The translations under genes and the position numbers were made by a program. A stretch of 36,284 nt of DNA from Methanotrichaceae archaeon (GTDB taxonomy: Archaea > Halobacteriota > Methanosarcinia > Methanotrichales > Methanotrichaceae), in assembly GCA_963754945.1 (NCBI GenBank), contig CAVWIG010000036.1:1-36284 (forward strand), written 5' to 3'. The notes beneath the pieces were generated by a model. The model ran no database searches. It was not told the origin of the DNA and saw nothing but the letters and a program-made list of their open reading frames with translations. This document shows positions 8,083-18,442 of the stretch, piece by piece. The first letter of the stretch is position 1. The number at the start of each line of letters is the position of its first letter.

Positions 8083-10180
8083 ATGACAAAGGAGAACGGG
8101 AACCCAATGTTGCCTGAGATGGGGAAAGAACATAAAATGCATAGCAATGCCGAAGGCCACGAGGTGCAAAAGGCAAGCGAAGAACACACGATGCACCAGA
8201 TTGGGCAGCGCACGGGCAAACCCCATGAGATGCACCAAGGAAGACACGAAGGCCATATCACTGAGGACTTCAAAAGAAGATTCATAATCTCTCTTGTTTT
8301 GACTCTTCCCATCCTTGCCCTCTCTCCATTTATTCAGGACCTATTGAGATTTAGATTGGAGTTTCCAAGCTCGATCTATGCCTTGTTCTTGCTTTCCACG
8401 CTTCGTCTATTTCTATGGCGGATATCCATTCCTGAAGGGCTTATTCAATGAGATCAAGGAAAGCAACATCGGTATGATGACCTTGATCGCTACGGCGATC
8501 AGTTCCGCCTACTTTTACAGTTCGGCAGTGGTCTTTGGCCTCAAGGGAGAGGTCTTCTTCTGGGAGTTGGCCACCCTGATAGACATCATGCTTCTCGGTC
8601 ACTGGATTGAGATGCGTTCTGTGTTGGGCGCCTCCCGAGCCTTGGAGGAACTTGTCAAGATAATGCCCTCCGAAGCTCATCTGATAAGAGATAGCCAGAC
8701 GGTGGACGTCAAGGTTGAGGTGCTGAAGCCAGGAGACAGAGTCCTGGTCAAACCTGGAGAGAAAATGCCAGTCGATGGGGCTGTAATGGATGGAGAGACG
8801 AACGTTAACGAGTCGATGATGACAGGCGAATCAAAGCCGGTCACGAAAAAAGCAGGAGACAATGTGATAGGTGGCTCCATTAACGGCGAAGGCTCGATAT
8901 CCGTGGAGGTGAGAAAGATTGGATCCGAGACTTACCTTAATCAGGTCATTGAGCTCGTCAGGCAGGCCCAAGAGAGCAAGTCAAGGACCCAGGACCTGGC
9001 AGATAAAGCTGCTCGTTTGCTTACGATAATTTCTCTCAGTGTCGGCGCCATCACACTAGCAGCCTGGCTATTCTATGGCAGAGATTCCGCCTTCGCCGTT
9101 GAGAGGGCGGTCACAGTCATGGTCATTTCCTGCCCGCATGCTTTAGGTCTGGCTGTCCCACTGGTGGTTGCCGTCTCGACCTCTCTAGCAGCAAAATCAG
9201 GACTTCTAATCCGGAATAGACAGGCCTTTGAGAGGGCCAAAGACCTTCAGGCTGTGATCTTTGACAAGACAGGAACACTAACCGAAGGCCGATTTGGCGT
9301 CACCGACATCGTGCCTCTTGCGGAGCTGAATGAGAATGAGATTCTAGGACTAACCGCGTCCCTGGAAGCAAACTCGGAACACCCCATTGCGACTGGAATT
9401 ATCAACAGCTCGGAAGAGAAAGGAGTCGAGCTCGTCCAGATTCATGAGTTCAAAGCGATTCCTGGAAAGGGCATTGAAGGGCAGGTCCAAGGAAAAAGAT
9501 GGATGGTCGTGAGCCCCGGATACTTGCGAGAAAGAAAGATCGATCTCAAGGATGAACGGATAGATAAGCTGGCACAGCAGGGAAAAACAGTCGTTTTCCT
9601 GCTTGAAGAAAATAAGCCCATCGGAGCCGTTGCCCTGGCAGACATTATAAGAAAGGAATCCAGAGAGGCTATTGAGAAATTGAAGACGATGGGCATAAAG
9701 TGCATGATGCTCACCGGGGACAACAGGTTCGTGGCCGAGTGGGTGGCAGAAGATCTGGGCCTGGATGATTTTTTTTCCGAAGTTCTGCCTCATGAAAAAG
9801 CAGAGGCCATAAAGAAAGTTCAGAAAGATTACATCGTGGCCATGGTAGGGGATGGAGTCAACGATGCTCCGGCCCTAGTTCAGGCGGACGTAGGAATAGC
9901 TATTGGTGCAGGTACGGATGTAGCGGTCGAGTCGGCAGACATCGTGCTGGTGAGGAACGATCCTAGGGACGTAGCCTACATCATCGGCCTGTCGAGGAAG
10001 ACGTACTCCAAGATGTTTCAGAACCTGGTGTGGGCGACAGGCTACAACGCCTTAGCCATCCCATTGGCAGCAGGAATCCTTTACAGTTACGGGATACTCC
10101 TCAGCCCTGCGGTTGGTGCAATTTTAATGAGTGCCAGCACTGTAATCGTGGCCATAAACGCGAGATTACTCAAGATGTAA
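8083..10180 (+). CDS. copB: P1B-3 copper-exporting P-type ATPase (CopB); +1 frameshift near 8400
   Basis: His-rich N-terminus, TGES, CPHALGLA, DKTGT, GDGVND, GYN, MSAST. Removing one base at ~8401 gives ..LLST|FVYFYGGYPF and joins the two ORFs. Confidence 0.9.
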
Positions 10181-10233
10181 TAGCGGAATAGCGAACTAGC
10201 TCGTTCAAAATCAGTTCATCGGAATTGAGAATC

Positions 10234-12007
10234 ATGATTGCAATAGACCCTATTTGCGGGATGCCTGTAGATACAGAAAAAGCGAAATTCAAAGCCGAGG
10301 TCAGAGGCGGAGTTTATTATTTCTGTAGCGAAGAGCATAGGCGCAATTTTTTGGAAGGTTCCAAGATCGCCTACTTCTCCATGGAAATAGGAATAGAAAG
10401 CGATATACCAACTTACAGCGGCGGGCTTGGCGTGTTGGCAGGCGACTCGTTGACGTTCCTGTGCAGATCTGAGAATTCCCCTCGTAGCTGTGACCCTCGT
10501 GAGTAAGAAAGGCTTTGTCAGACAGCAGATAACCGAAATAGGGGACCAGAAAGAGCATCCTGACGATTGGGACCCGTCCAAGTTCATGAGGCTACTACTA
10601 GATACAGTGACGGTTCGGATCGATGGCAGAGATGTAAAGATAAAATCCTGGCTCCATGACCATAAGAGTCCGGCTGGCGGACTGGTTCCCGTTCTCTTAT
10701 TAGATACCGACCTCGGAGAGAATTCACTTGAAGACAGGGAAATAACCAGTTACCTATATGGAGGGGACGAAAGGTACAGGTTGAAACAGGAGATGGTCCT
10801 TGGAATCGGCGGCATGAGAATGCTGGAAGCATTGAACTTCAAGATCAGTAAATACCATATGAACGAGGGGCATTCAAGCTTCTTAACCCTGGAGCTGATG
10901 AAAAAGAACGGCATGGATGCTGACAGGACAAGGGACCTCTGCATTTTCACGACTCATACGCAAGTCGAAGCGGCCTTTGACAAGTTCTCTTACGATGATG
11001 CTCATGCCATCTTGGGAGCAGAATTCCCCCAAGAAGAGCTGAAAAGGTATGCTGGGCCGGACAGGTTGAACATGACCCTTCTTGCCTTAAACCTGAGCAA
11101 ATACGTAAACGGAGTCACCAATGCTCATATGGAGTACTCCAAGATGCTCTTTCCGGGTTATCATTTAAGGGCTATAACAAATGGAGTTCATCCTTATACC
11201 TGGACGTGCCAACCTTTCAGGGAGCTTTTCGACAAGTATATTCCTGGATGGGCAAACGAGCCCGAGCTGCTGGTTAGGGTTGATGAGATTCCCCACCAAG
11301 AAATATGGAATGCCCATATTAATGCCAAGAAATCTCTGATCGATTACATCAACGAGAGTACCGAAGCGGGCATGGACGTTAACGTTCTGACGTTGGGCTT
11401 CGCGCGGAGGGCTACTGCATACAAACGAGCGACATTGATATTCTCGGATTTGAACAGGCTGAGGGACATAAACAAGATTGGAAAGTTACAGCTCATCTTT
11501 GCGGGAAAGGCACATCCCAGAGACGAAGCAGGAAAGCGTATTATCAAAGAGATCTACAACTACCGTTCCCAGTTAAGAGGAGACATCAAGATAGTCTACC
11601 TCGAAAATTACAATATGAAGCTAGCGGGCAAGTTAACCTCGGGCGTGGATGTATGGCTGAACACCCCACTGCCGCCCAACGAGGCATCCGGCACAAGCGG
11701 TATGAAAGCGGCTTACAACGGTGTCATGAACTTCAGCGTTCTAGATGGCTGGTGGATCGAGGGCTGCATAGAGGGCGTCACTGGATGGGCTATAGGCCCA
11801 AAGCCTAGAGAACCAATGAGTGAGGGAGAAAGAAGAGCCCGCGAGCTGAAAGATCTATACAATAAGCTGGAATATCTTGTTATCCCTGCATTCTACAATA
11901 ACAGAGATGCATGGACGTATCTGATGAGGAACTCGATAGGGAAGATTGCTTATTACTTCCACAGCCATAGGATGATGCGAAGATACGCCACAGAAGCTTA
12001 TCTTTAG
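10234..12007 (+). CDS. glgP: Alpha-glucan (glycogen) phosphorylase with N-terminal YHS/TRASH domain; +1 frameshift near 10453
   Basis: DPICGM...YYFCS (YHS) reads in frame into [19 protein letters not shown]. Downstream are [19 protein letters not shown] and EASGTSGMK (PLP lysine). Removing one base gives GDSL|[15 protein letters not shown]. Confidence 0.9.
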
Positions 12008-12155
12008 ATCATGCTTCAACTATCCGGGAAAGACAAAAACCTCCTAAACACTCCTCTGGCTGACTGGTTTTTCTGGTACTTCACTTAAAGATTCATCGAC
12101 AACTGCCAGTTTGGGCAAATCCGCATCAAGACAGCAATCAGGCTAATGCAAGCCA

Positions 12156-12305
12156 CTAGATAGCTTTGAGCCCTGCTCCGATGATCAGCAAAATTAAGCC
12201 GATAGCACCGACAACGACGGCTAAAACGTGCAGCTGCGGGATGGCACCACCTGCAATTATCGCAAAAACGAGTAGTGCGAACCCTACTCCTATTGAAGAT
12301 TTCAT
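12156..12305 (-). CDS. Small two-TM membrane protein (49 aa)
   Basis: GGAG precedes the ATG at 12305. MKSSIGVGFALLVFAIIAGG..LAVVVGAIGLILLIIGAGL. Confidence 0.55.
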   Translation of the reverse strand: MKSSIGVGFALLVFAIIAGGAIPQLHVLAVVVGAIGLILLIIGAGLKAI

Positions 12306-12683
12306 AATTCTCCAATCTAATTTGCCTTTACTTCCCGTATGATGCAGAAATGATTTCATATTATTTCATTATAACTTTTAGTATATCATTGCTACGATAG
12401 GCCTTCCAGGCCAATCCGTGACATCGTGTTTTTTTCGCACCATCTCGATTTGGCCTAACTATCGGTTTTCGATAAGACTCTGCTTCTACATAAGTTGTAG
12501 CGAAAAGTACATAAATTATAAGCTTTATCACTAAATTAGTAACAACATTTGGTTTGTCGGCTTCCAGATCCTATCTGTTAAGAATTCTGCATTTGCCTTG
12601 CTCGCTATGCAGGAGGGGTAAGATGGCTGAAAAGAAGATAAGAAATTTAACGCCAACAACCCAGGCGATAAGATGAGGTGGAT

Positions 12684-13058
12684 ATGATGAATCATCCTGA
12701 CCGCGCATTCTCCTTCGCGAAGATTAACGGCAAAGTTGACCTGATAAAGGCAATGTTCAACCATAAATGGCCTCTTTGCTACAGCTTTTATCATGATAAA
12801 CTGCTCTACTTGAGCGATGGTGAAAGTGAGGATACTCCGGAATACGCTGTTATGACTATTGATAAGACGGAGGGGCGCTTCAGCATTCACGGCCGCGAGG
12901 TAGGAAGAGTCAAGCCCGCTGCCATGCAGGCTGCAGAGGTGGCAAGGTTAATCCAAGAAATAAATACGAACGCTCACAATGGCGGGATTTCAGTTAGGGT
13001 TACGGCTGAGCCCAAATGGCATCATAGTTGCCCGCTTTGTCGGTTGGAGGAGGAGTAG
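12684..13058 (+). CDS. Hypothetical protein with C-terminal HHSCPLC motif
   Basis: GAGGTGG RBS before the ATG at 12684. T-rich terminator after the stop. CxxC near the C-terminus. Confidence 0.7.
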   Translation: MMNHPDRAFSFAKINGKVDLIKAMFNHKWPLCYSFYHDKLLYLSDGESEDTPEYAVMTIDKTEGRFSIHGREVGRVKPAAMQAAEVARLIQEINTNAHNGGISVRVTAEPKWHHSCPLCRLEEE

Positions 13059-13320
13059 CGCCTTACTTGCCATTATTTTTTTGTTTTTTGTTTACTCATG
13101 ATCGAACTCAGGATATACAAACCTTAGAGGTTCCCAATGCGATTCAAATTAATAATATCATAGATAAATTATCAATTAGCATTACATATGTATAGAAGGA
13201 TTATATGACGTTAAAATTTAGCTCCGTTGTACCGTCCTGGCAAATGTCTAACAAAGCGTTTCCTTCCTAATCATTAGTCGAAGCGATGCAGAATTCTAAG
13301 AACAGGAGGTTTAATTAGAA

Positions 13321-13719
13321 ATGGAAACTAATTGTTTAAACATACTAATAGCTGAGGACGACTCTTTTAACCAAAAAGTGATTGTGATTGTGCTCAAGAA
13401 GTTGGGTATTCCGGCAGATATAGCCCGTAATGGTGTAGAGGTCATTCAAGCCCTGGAGAGAAAAACCTATGCGATAATACTCATGGACATTCAGATGCCA
13501 TACATGGATGGAATAGAAGCTACGAGGACTATTCGAGAGCGCTGGTCTCACGGCCCCAAAATCATAATGATTACAGGGTGCGCTCCGGATATATATAGAA
13601 AACTTTGTTTTGATGCCGGAGCAAACGAATTTTTGTCAAAGCCAGTACGGATAAAAGAGCTTATCGATGCAATTGAACGCTACATGCCAAATACATTGGA
13701 GGAGAGCCAAAGCGCCTAG
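13321..13719 (+). CDS. Stand-alone CheY-like response regulator (receiver domain)
   Basis: ILIAEDD, LMDIQMPYMDG, IT, FLSKP motifs. AGGAGGT RBS. Confidence 0.92.
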   Translation: METNCLNILIAEDDSFNQKVIVIVLKKLGIPADIARNGVEVIQALERKTYAIILMDIQMPYMDGIEATRTIRERWSHGPKIIMITGCAPDIYRKLCFDAGANEFLSKPVRIKELIDAIERYMPNTLEESQSA

Positions 13720-14242
13720 ACCTTTAATTTTGCACTTTTGTATCGTACCGCAGTCTTGTGGCCAAAGAATAGACAGCAAAATTTATCGGCAATAGCGCCA
13801 CATGACTAGGATTATGAGTTGCTACCAATATGCCTATTAATTGTAACTACAATGCCTTAGATTCCTTAATAACTCCTGGTCCTAAAAATACCGTGCTTTT
13901 TATGTTGCAGACGCACTAAGACTCAAGAAAGTTGGGCTGCCATAAGAGATCATGCGCGATGCATTACTGAGATAATTATGATCGCGCGGAAGGAATACAC
14001 GAAAGATCTATCTTCTCATCGAGTGTGGTTCTTAGTTTCGGTTTGCTTACACATCTTCTCGATAACGGATCGATTCTTCAGATAATAACAGTTCTTGGTA
14101 ATACTAATTGTTCATTGAAAAAAATGTAAGGCTAATATTTATGCGCGAAATTCTGTTCTTTGCTACAAATAGTCATCACTTTCATCTAAGAAATTGAGCT
14201 ATTTTCTTGATAATGCCCATCGAAAGCATTTTATAGTCAAAA

Positions 14243-14452
14243 TTACAAGACTAGATTATCAAATACTGAAACCGGAGGTGAATCCAAATGTGTTGCCATA
14301 CAGATGATAAGCATGAACATGCCCATGAGCACAACGGCAAGCCCCACGTCCACGAGCATATTCACGATGCAGAGCACAAGCACGAGCATAAGTGCTGCCA
14401 TTAAGGGATAATTTCGCCAAGAATTTTTAAAAATAGTAGCCGCTGACATCAT
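14243..14452 (-). CDS. Possible small membrane protein
   Basis: Two hydrophobic stretches; no clear RBS or family motif. Confidence 0.3.
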   Translation of the reverse strand: MMSAATIFKNSWRNYPLMAALMLVLVLCIVNMLVDVGLAVVLMGMFMLIICMATHLDSPPVSVFDNLVL

Positions 14453-14562
14453 CTGGGCAGCTTGTCCAGAAGATGCCAGAGCTTATCTTCTATCGTTATG
14501 GTTACAGTTGATCAAAGCTCTAGGAGCTTTTGGTCCTAATTTTCGCGTGTTTGAAACGTTTC

Positions 14563-14742
14563 CTACGGCGTAAAGAAGACTTCCATCATGCTGAGAGGGT
14601 TATTCTTTCTATCTACCACAAGGACTTCATCTCCATCCTCTATTCCCGGATCAGATGCAACCACTTGCCCGGAGAAGAGGCGTCCTCCTCTGGCCACGAA
14701 GGGAATTGCTTCGTCCGAAACCACTACCTTCCGGATAGGCAT
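14563..14742 (-). CDS. Stand-alone PUA-domain protein (59 aa)
   Basis: KVVVSDEAIPFVARGGRLFSGQVVASDPGIEDGDEVLVVD matches the PUA domain of archaeal TGT-like proteins. AAGGTG precedes the ATG at 14742. Confidence 0.8.
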   Translation of the reverse strand: MPIRKVVVSDEAIPFVARGGRLFSGQVVASDPGIEDGDEVLVVDRKNNPLSMMEVFFTP

Positions 14743-14811
14743 TTCATTACACCTTTCTGTTTCTGACATGTACACTCTCCATTTTGGGTTTATTCTATCT
14801 AATCTTATTAA

Positions 14812-14839
14812 GTAATAAGCTTTTCGAATTTATTTTTAC
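14812..14839. promoter_or_regulatory. Candidate NikR operator GTAATA-N16-TTTTAC overlapping the PUA gene promoter
   Basis: Inverted repeat with one mismatch and exact 16-bp spacing, overlapping minus-strand GAAAAGCTTATTAC. Confidence 0.55.
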
Positions 14840-15021
14840 GAGAATAGCCGAGGTTCATCTGGTCCTTACCAGTGATAATTGATGTGTAGATAGTGAAATC
14901 ATTTTCCGAACGGAATTTCTTTTAGGCCCATGTTGATAGTGATCACATTCTGATCGTAACTTCATTAGCAGTCATTTCTGTTACTTTAGGCGAAATACTT
15001 ATTAACTAGTATTATCATCTG

Positions 15022-15123
15022 AGGTTGAAGAGCGACACAGCAGGACGACACGGCCTCCTTTACCGTTGAAAGAAACCTGTTGCAATGCCCTGGAAGTCTG
15101 CCTATCCAGGGCGCTCCTCTTCT
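15022..15123 (+). ncRNA. Candidate sRNA C (anti-SD loop plus GC terminal hairpin)
   Basis: Promoter-like CGAAATACTTATTAA at ~14991-15005. Outer stem CAGCAGG/CCTGTTG. Inner hairpin ACGG[CCTCCTTTA]CCGT (15050-15066). GCCCTGGA/TCCAGGGC hairpin (15087-15112) followed by a pyrimidine tract. Confidence 0.5.
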
Positions 15124-15172
15124 GAAATAGCATGCTAAGGGCCTACATCAATCAATGAGGTTATGCATCGCT

Positions 15173-15454
15173 ATGACCGATTTGATAATCACCGACATCA
15201 GAAAAAGCGGTTTCAATAACGACTTTGATTTGATCACAGCTATAATTCTTGGTAAAAAGAATTGCAGGTACCATCGGTCCTGTTCCATGTCGAGAAAGAG
15301 CCGCGAAGGTTTATTGGTTTTAGAGAGCACAACAGCCGATAAGGAGCTTCCAGCGATCGGTGTGAGAAAAGGAGATCAGTTTATTCATATGTGGGCAAAG
15401 CCCGGCCATGGGCTGGAAGTCGGCGAAGAGATAAGATTGGATGACACAATATGA
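15173..15454 (+). CDS. Hypothetical protein
   Basis: GAGGT upstream and protein-like composition. Convergent with nikR. Start could be 15155. Confidence 0.55.
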   Translation: MTDLIITDIRKSGFNNDFDLITAIILGKKNCRYHRSCSMSRKSREGLLVLESTTADKELPAIGVRKGDQFIHMWAKPGHGLEVGEEIRLDDTI

Positions 15455-15477
15455 CCATGTTTATGAAAGAAATAGAG

Positions 15478-15909
15478 CTAGAGATCTTTGCCTAGCGAAG
15501 TAGTAGTAAGCTTAACGTGTTTTACGCCCTTCAGGGCCATCATCTTTTCAGTTGCTAATTTCACATCCTGGCCTTCGCCCCTGAGGACTATTACTTCCAA
15601 ACAGTTGTCATGGTCTAAATGAACATGCATACTGGACTTGATTATGCTTCCGAACTCGTGCTGTATCTCAGTGAGGTTGCCCTCAAGGCCTCTTTGTGCA
15701 TGAGAGTAAACAATAGTTATCACGCCCACGCGTTCACCTTGGACGTCGCTCATCCACTCATAGCTGACTATGTAGTTTCTGATGGCGTCCCTGATGCCTT
15801 CCGAGCGGGAAGAATAGCCGCGCTGAAGAATTATCCCATCGAAATTCTTCAGCAAATTCTCCGGCAATGAAACACCGATTCTGTTGATGTCTTGTTCCAT
15901 ATTACTCAT
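15478..15909 (-). CDS. nikR: Nickel-responsive transcriptional regulator NikR
   Basis: Ribbon-helix-helix RIGVSL..GYSSRSEGIRDAIR. Ni ligands in IQH..HVHLDHDNCLEV. Start could be 15900. Confidence 0.97.
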   Translation of the reverse strand: MSNMEQDINRIGVSLPENLLKNFDGIILQRGYSSRSEGIRDAIRNYIVSYEWMSDVQGERVGVITIVYSHAQRGLEGNLTEIQHEFGSIIKSSMHVHLDHDNCLEVIVLRGEGQDVKLATEKMMALKGVKHVKLTTTSLGKDL

Positions 15910-16126
15910 GTAAGTGATAATGTTATATAGTAATAAACTTTTTGGAAGAGCTGAAATGTTCTGCTAATAGCAGAATTTCCATTAATGCAATTCCCTAAAG
16001 CCACTAGAAGCATTTCGTAGTGCCATACTGACTTTGAGCTGGAAATGAAAACCTGCCTTTCTTTGAAGCCAAGCGAAAAATTTAAATTATCCTTACTCGA
16101 AACAGACATTTTAAAAGGTAATAAAA

Positions 16127-18415
16127 ATGAAAACAATAAGCTTAATTAGTGTTACAGGAGTTATTTTCCTCCTTGCAATGATGCTGCCTGTGTATGCGTC
16201 GGATAAGGCGGTAGAGGTTCGCAGCCAGGTTTATAATCTGGGTCAGAACGACACCTCTTTTGACAACACAACCTTTCCAGGCTTCTACTACGATACTGAC
16301 AACAACATAGGAGCCGAGAAGCTCACATTAAGGCTTTCCAACGTCGACCCGGCCAAATCCAGCGCCACGCTAAGCGATCAACCTGATGCTGATGGCAATA
16401 GAGGCGTCGTCTACACTACCCATGCCCAGCCGTTGGGCTTCAGCTTCGCGCCTTGGGGCCAGTACGAGGTGATTGGTTTCCTCGGCGACGGCTACTTCGC
16501 CGCCTATGACAGCGATGTAACTGAAGACGTGTCGAACGCCAATGAATCAGTAGCTTTCCTCTTCGACCAGTCTAAGAATCGGAATCTGATGACCAACGAG
16601 CAGATCAGTAAGGTCCTGGTGGATGACGACACCGAGCAGACCATCACATCTGCCAGCCCGCTTAAGCTAGAAGAAGGCTACCAATTGGCCATAAAGTCCA
16701 TCGACATCGATGGCAATAAGGCGTACCTAGATCTCTCCAAGAATGGGCAGGAAGTTGACAGCAAGGTCATTCAGCCCTCCATATCCGACGCCAAGATGGG
16801 CGACAAAACCTACTACTACAAGGCCGACCTCGGAGAAACAAATGAAATTATCCAGATAGCTGTTCACTTCAAGAACGCCTTCAGAGGTGGTGATACCAAC
16901 ATCGCTACTATTGATGGAATCTTCCAGATTTCGGACAAACCAATCTCCCTGAAGTCTGAGCAGAAGTACGACAAAATGTCCATTCGAAATGTCAATCCTA
17001 CCTCAATGGCGATCACAATGGACAACAAGGACAACCAGATCACGGTTGGCAAGAACAAGAATGTAATATTGATGCAAAACATCTCAATCAAGACCTCGAA
17101 CCAGGATGACGTAAGCGCTGCCGATCCGCTCAGGTATTACGTCTCTAAGACGTATACCGATCCAGGCACATATGAGATACGCGGACCTATAACCAACCTT
17201 GCCACCAAAGAGACCAACTGGACCAATGCCAGTTTCTCGGGATTCTACTATGATATTGATAATAATGTAGGTGCTGAGAAGCTCACATTCAGGCTATCCG
17301 ACATCAAATCAGATAGCTCCACTCTAAGCGACCAACCGGATGGTAACGGCAACAGGGGCGTAGTTTACACAACCCAGGCCCAGCCATTGGGCTTCTCGTT
17401 CGCACCCTGGGGTCAGTATGATGTGGTAGGATTCCTTGGCGATGAGTACTTCGCCGCTTATGACGGCAATGTAACCGATGACATTAAGAATGCCAACGAG
17501 ACTGTCGCGTTCCTCTTCGACCAGTCCAAGAACCGAAACCTTATGACCAACGAGCAGATCGACAAGGTCCTGGTGGATGACGACACCGAGCAGACCATCA
17601 CATCTGCCAGCCCGCTGAAACTAGAAGAGGGATATCAGCTGGCCATCAAGTCCGTGGATGTCAAGGGCAACAAGGCCTACCTCGAGTTGACGAAGAATGG
17701 CCAGGTAGTGGATGATAAGGTAATTCAACCGTCCATATCCAATGCCAAGATGAACGATAAGACCTACTATTACAAGGTTGATCTAGGAGACACAAAGGAG
17801 ATCGTCCAGATAGCAGTTCACTTCAAGAATGCTTTTGCCGGAGCTGATACAAGCATAGCTACCATCGACGGAATCTTCCAGATATCCGATACGCTCACAC
17901 CGATTAAGACCGAACAGAAGTACGACAAGATGTCCGTAAGAAACGTCGACCCAACCGCCATGACCATCACCATGGATAACAAAGACAACCCTATCACGCT
18001 AAGCAAGAACAAGGATGTAGTCCTTATGCAAAATATCTCTATCAAGACATCAGATCAGGACGACACAAGCGCCTCAAACCCACTCAGATACTACATTTAC
18101 AAGGCTGCAACCATTGAGGCCGCCAACACGACGGCTTCAGCCACATCTGCTGCTTCTGCCACAGTTCCCGCGGCCAACATCACCAAGAGCACAACAGCTT
18201 CTGCAGGTAAAACTGCCGAGAACATAACCAAAAACGTGACCCAGGCATCTACTGTCTCCACGACAACGATTGCAACAAATGTAACAACGAATTCTAACGC
18301 CTCTGTAAACGCCACAAAGGCGACAACGCCAGCCAAGCAGCCAGGATTCGAGGGCGTCTATGCCATAACCGGACTTCTTGCAATGGGGTATCTGCTTATG
18401 AACAGGAAGCAGTAA
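16127..18415 (+). CDS. S-layer protein with two DUF1608-type domains, Thr/Ala-rich linker and PGF-CTERM anchor
   Basis: Signal peptide. Two FxGFYYDxDNNxGAE repeats offset by ~318 aa. QPGFEG-TM-basic tail. Confidence 0.92.
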   Translation: MKTISLISVTGVIFLLAMMLPVYASDKAVEVRSQVYNLGQNDTSFDNTTFPGFYYDTDNNIGAEKLTLRLSNVDPAKSSATLSDQPDADGNRGVVYTTHAQPLGFSFAPWGQYEVIGFLGDGYFAAYDSDVTEDVSNANESVAFLFDQSKNRNLMTNEQISKVLVDDDTEQTITSASPLKLEEGYQLAIKSIDIDGNKAYLDLSKNGQEVDSKVIQPSISDAKMGDKTYYYKADLGETNEIIQIAVHFKNAFRGGDTNIATIDGIFQISDKPISLKSEQKYDKMSIRNVNPTSMAITMDNKDNQITVGKNKNVILMQNISIKTSNQDDVSAADPLRYYVSKTYTDPGTYEIRGPITNLATKETNWTNASFSGFYYDIDNNVGAEKLTFRLSDIKSDSSTLSDQPDGNGNRGVVYTTQAQPLGFSFAPWGQYDVVGFLGDEYFAAYDGNVTDDIKNANETVAFLFDQSKNRNLMTNEQIDKVLVDDDTEQTITSASPLKLEEGYQLAIKSVDVKGNKAYLELTKNGQVVDDKVIQPSISNAKMNDKTYYYKVDLGDTKEIVQIAVHFKNAFAGADTSIATIDGIFQISDTLTPIKTEQKYDKMSVRNVDPTAMTITMDNKDNPITLSKNKDVVLMQNISIKTSDQDDTSASNPLRYYIYKAATIEAANTTASATSAASATVPAANITKSTTASAGKTAENITKNVTQASTVSTTTIATNVTTNSNASVNATKATTPAKQPGFEGVYAITGLLAMGYLLMNRKQ

Positions 18416-18420
18416 GCTTA

Positions 18421-18442
18421 CTCTGGAGAAGTCTCTCCAGAG
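18421..18442 (+). terminator. Perfect 9-bp hairpin right after the S-layer gene
   Basis: CTCTGGAGA-agtc-TCTCCAGAG, with T-rich tracts downstream. Confidence 0.5.

Noticed and set aside
8380-10470. Programmed frameshifting in copB or glgP
   Set aside because: No slippery heptamer or stimulatory structure at the sites; simple single-base insertions explain both.
1874-15065. GGAGG on the strand opposite elements A, B and C as the RBS of small peptides (type I toxin-like)
   Set aside because: No well-spaced start codon with a credible ORF follows in any of the three, and promoter and terminator polarity favour the CCUCC strand.
15250-15310. Possible compensating double frameshift in the 15173-15454 ORF (alternative frame ELQVPSVLFHVEKE)
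   Set aside because: Plausible by composition only; it cannot be supported without homologs.
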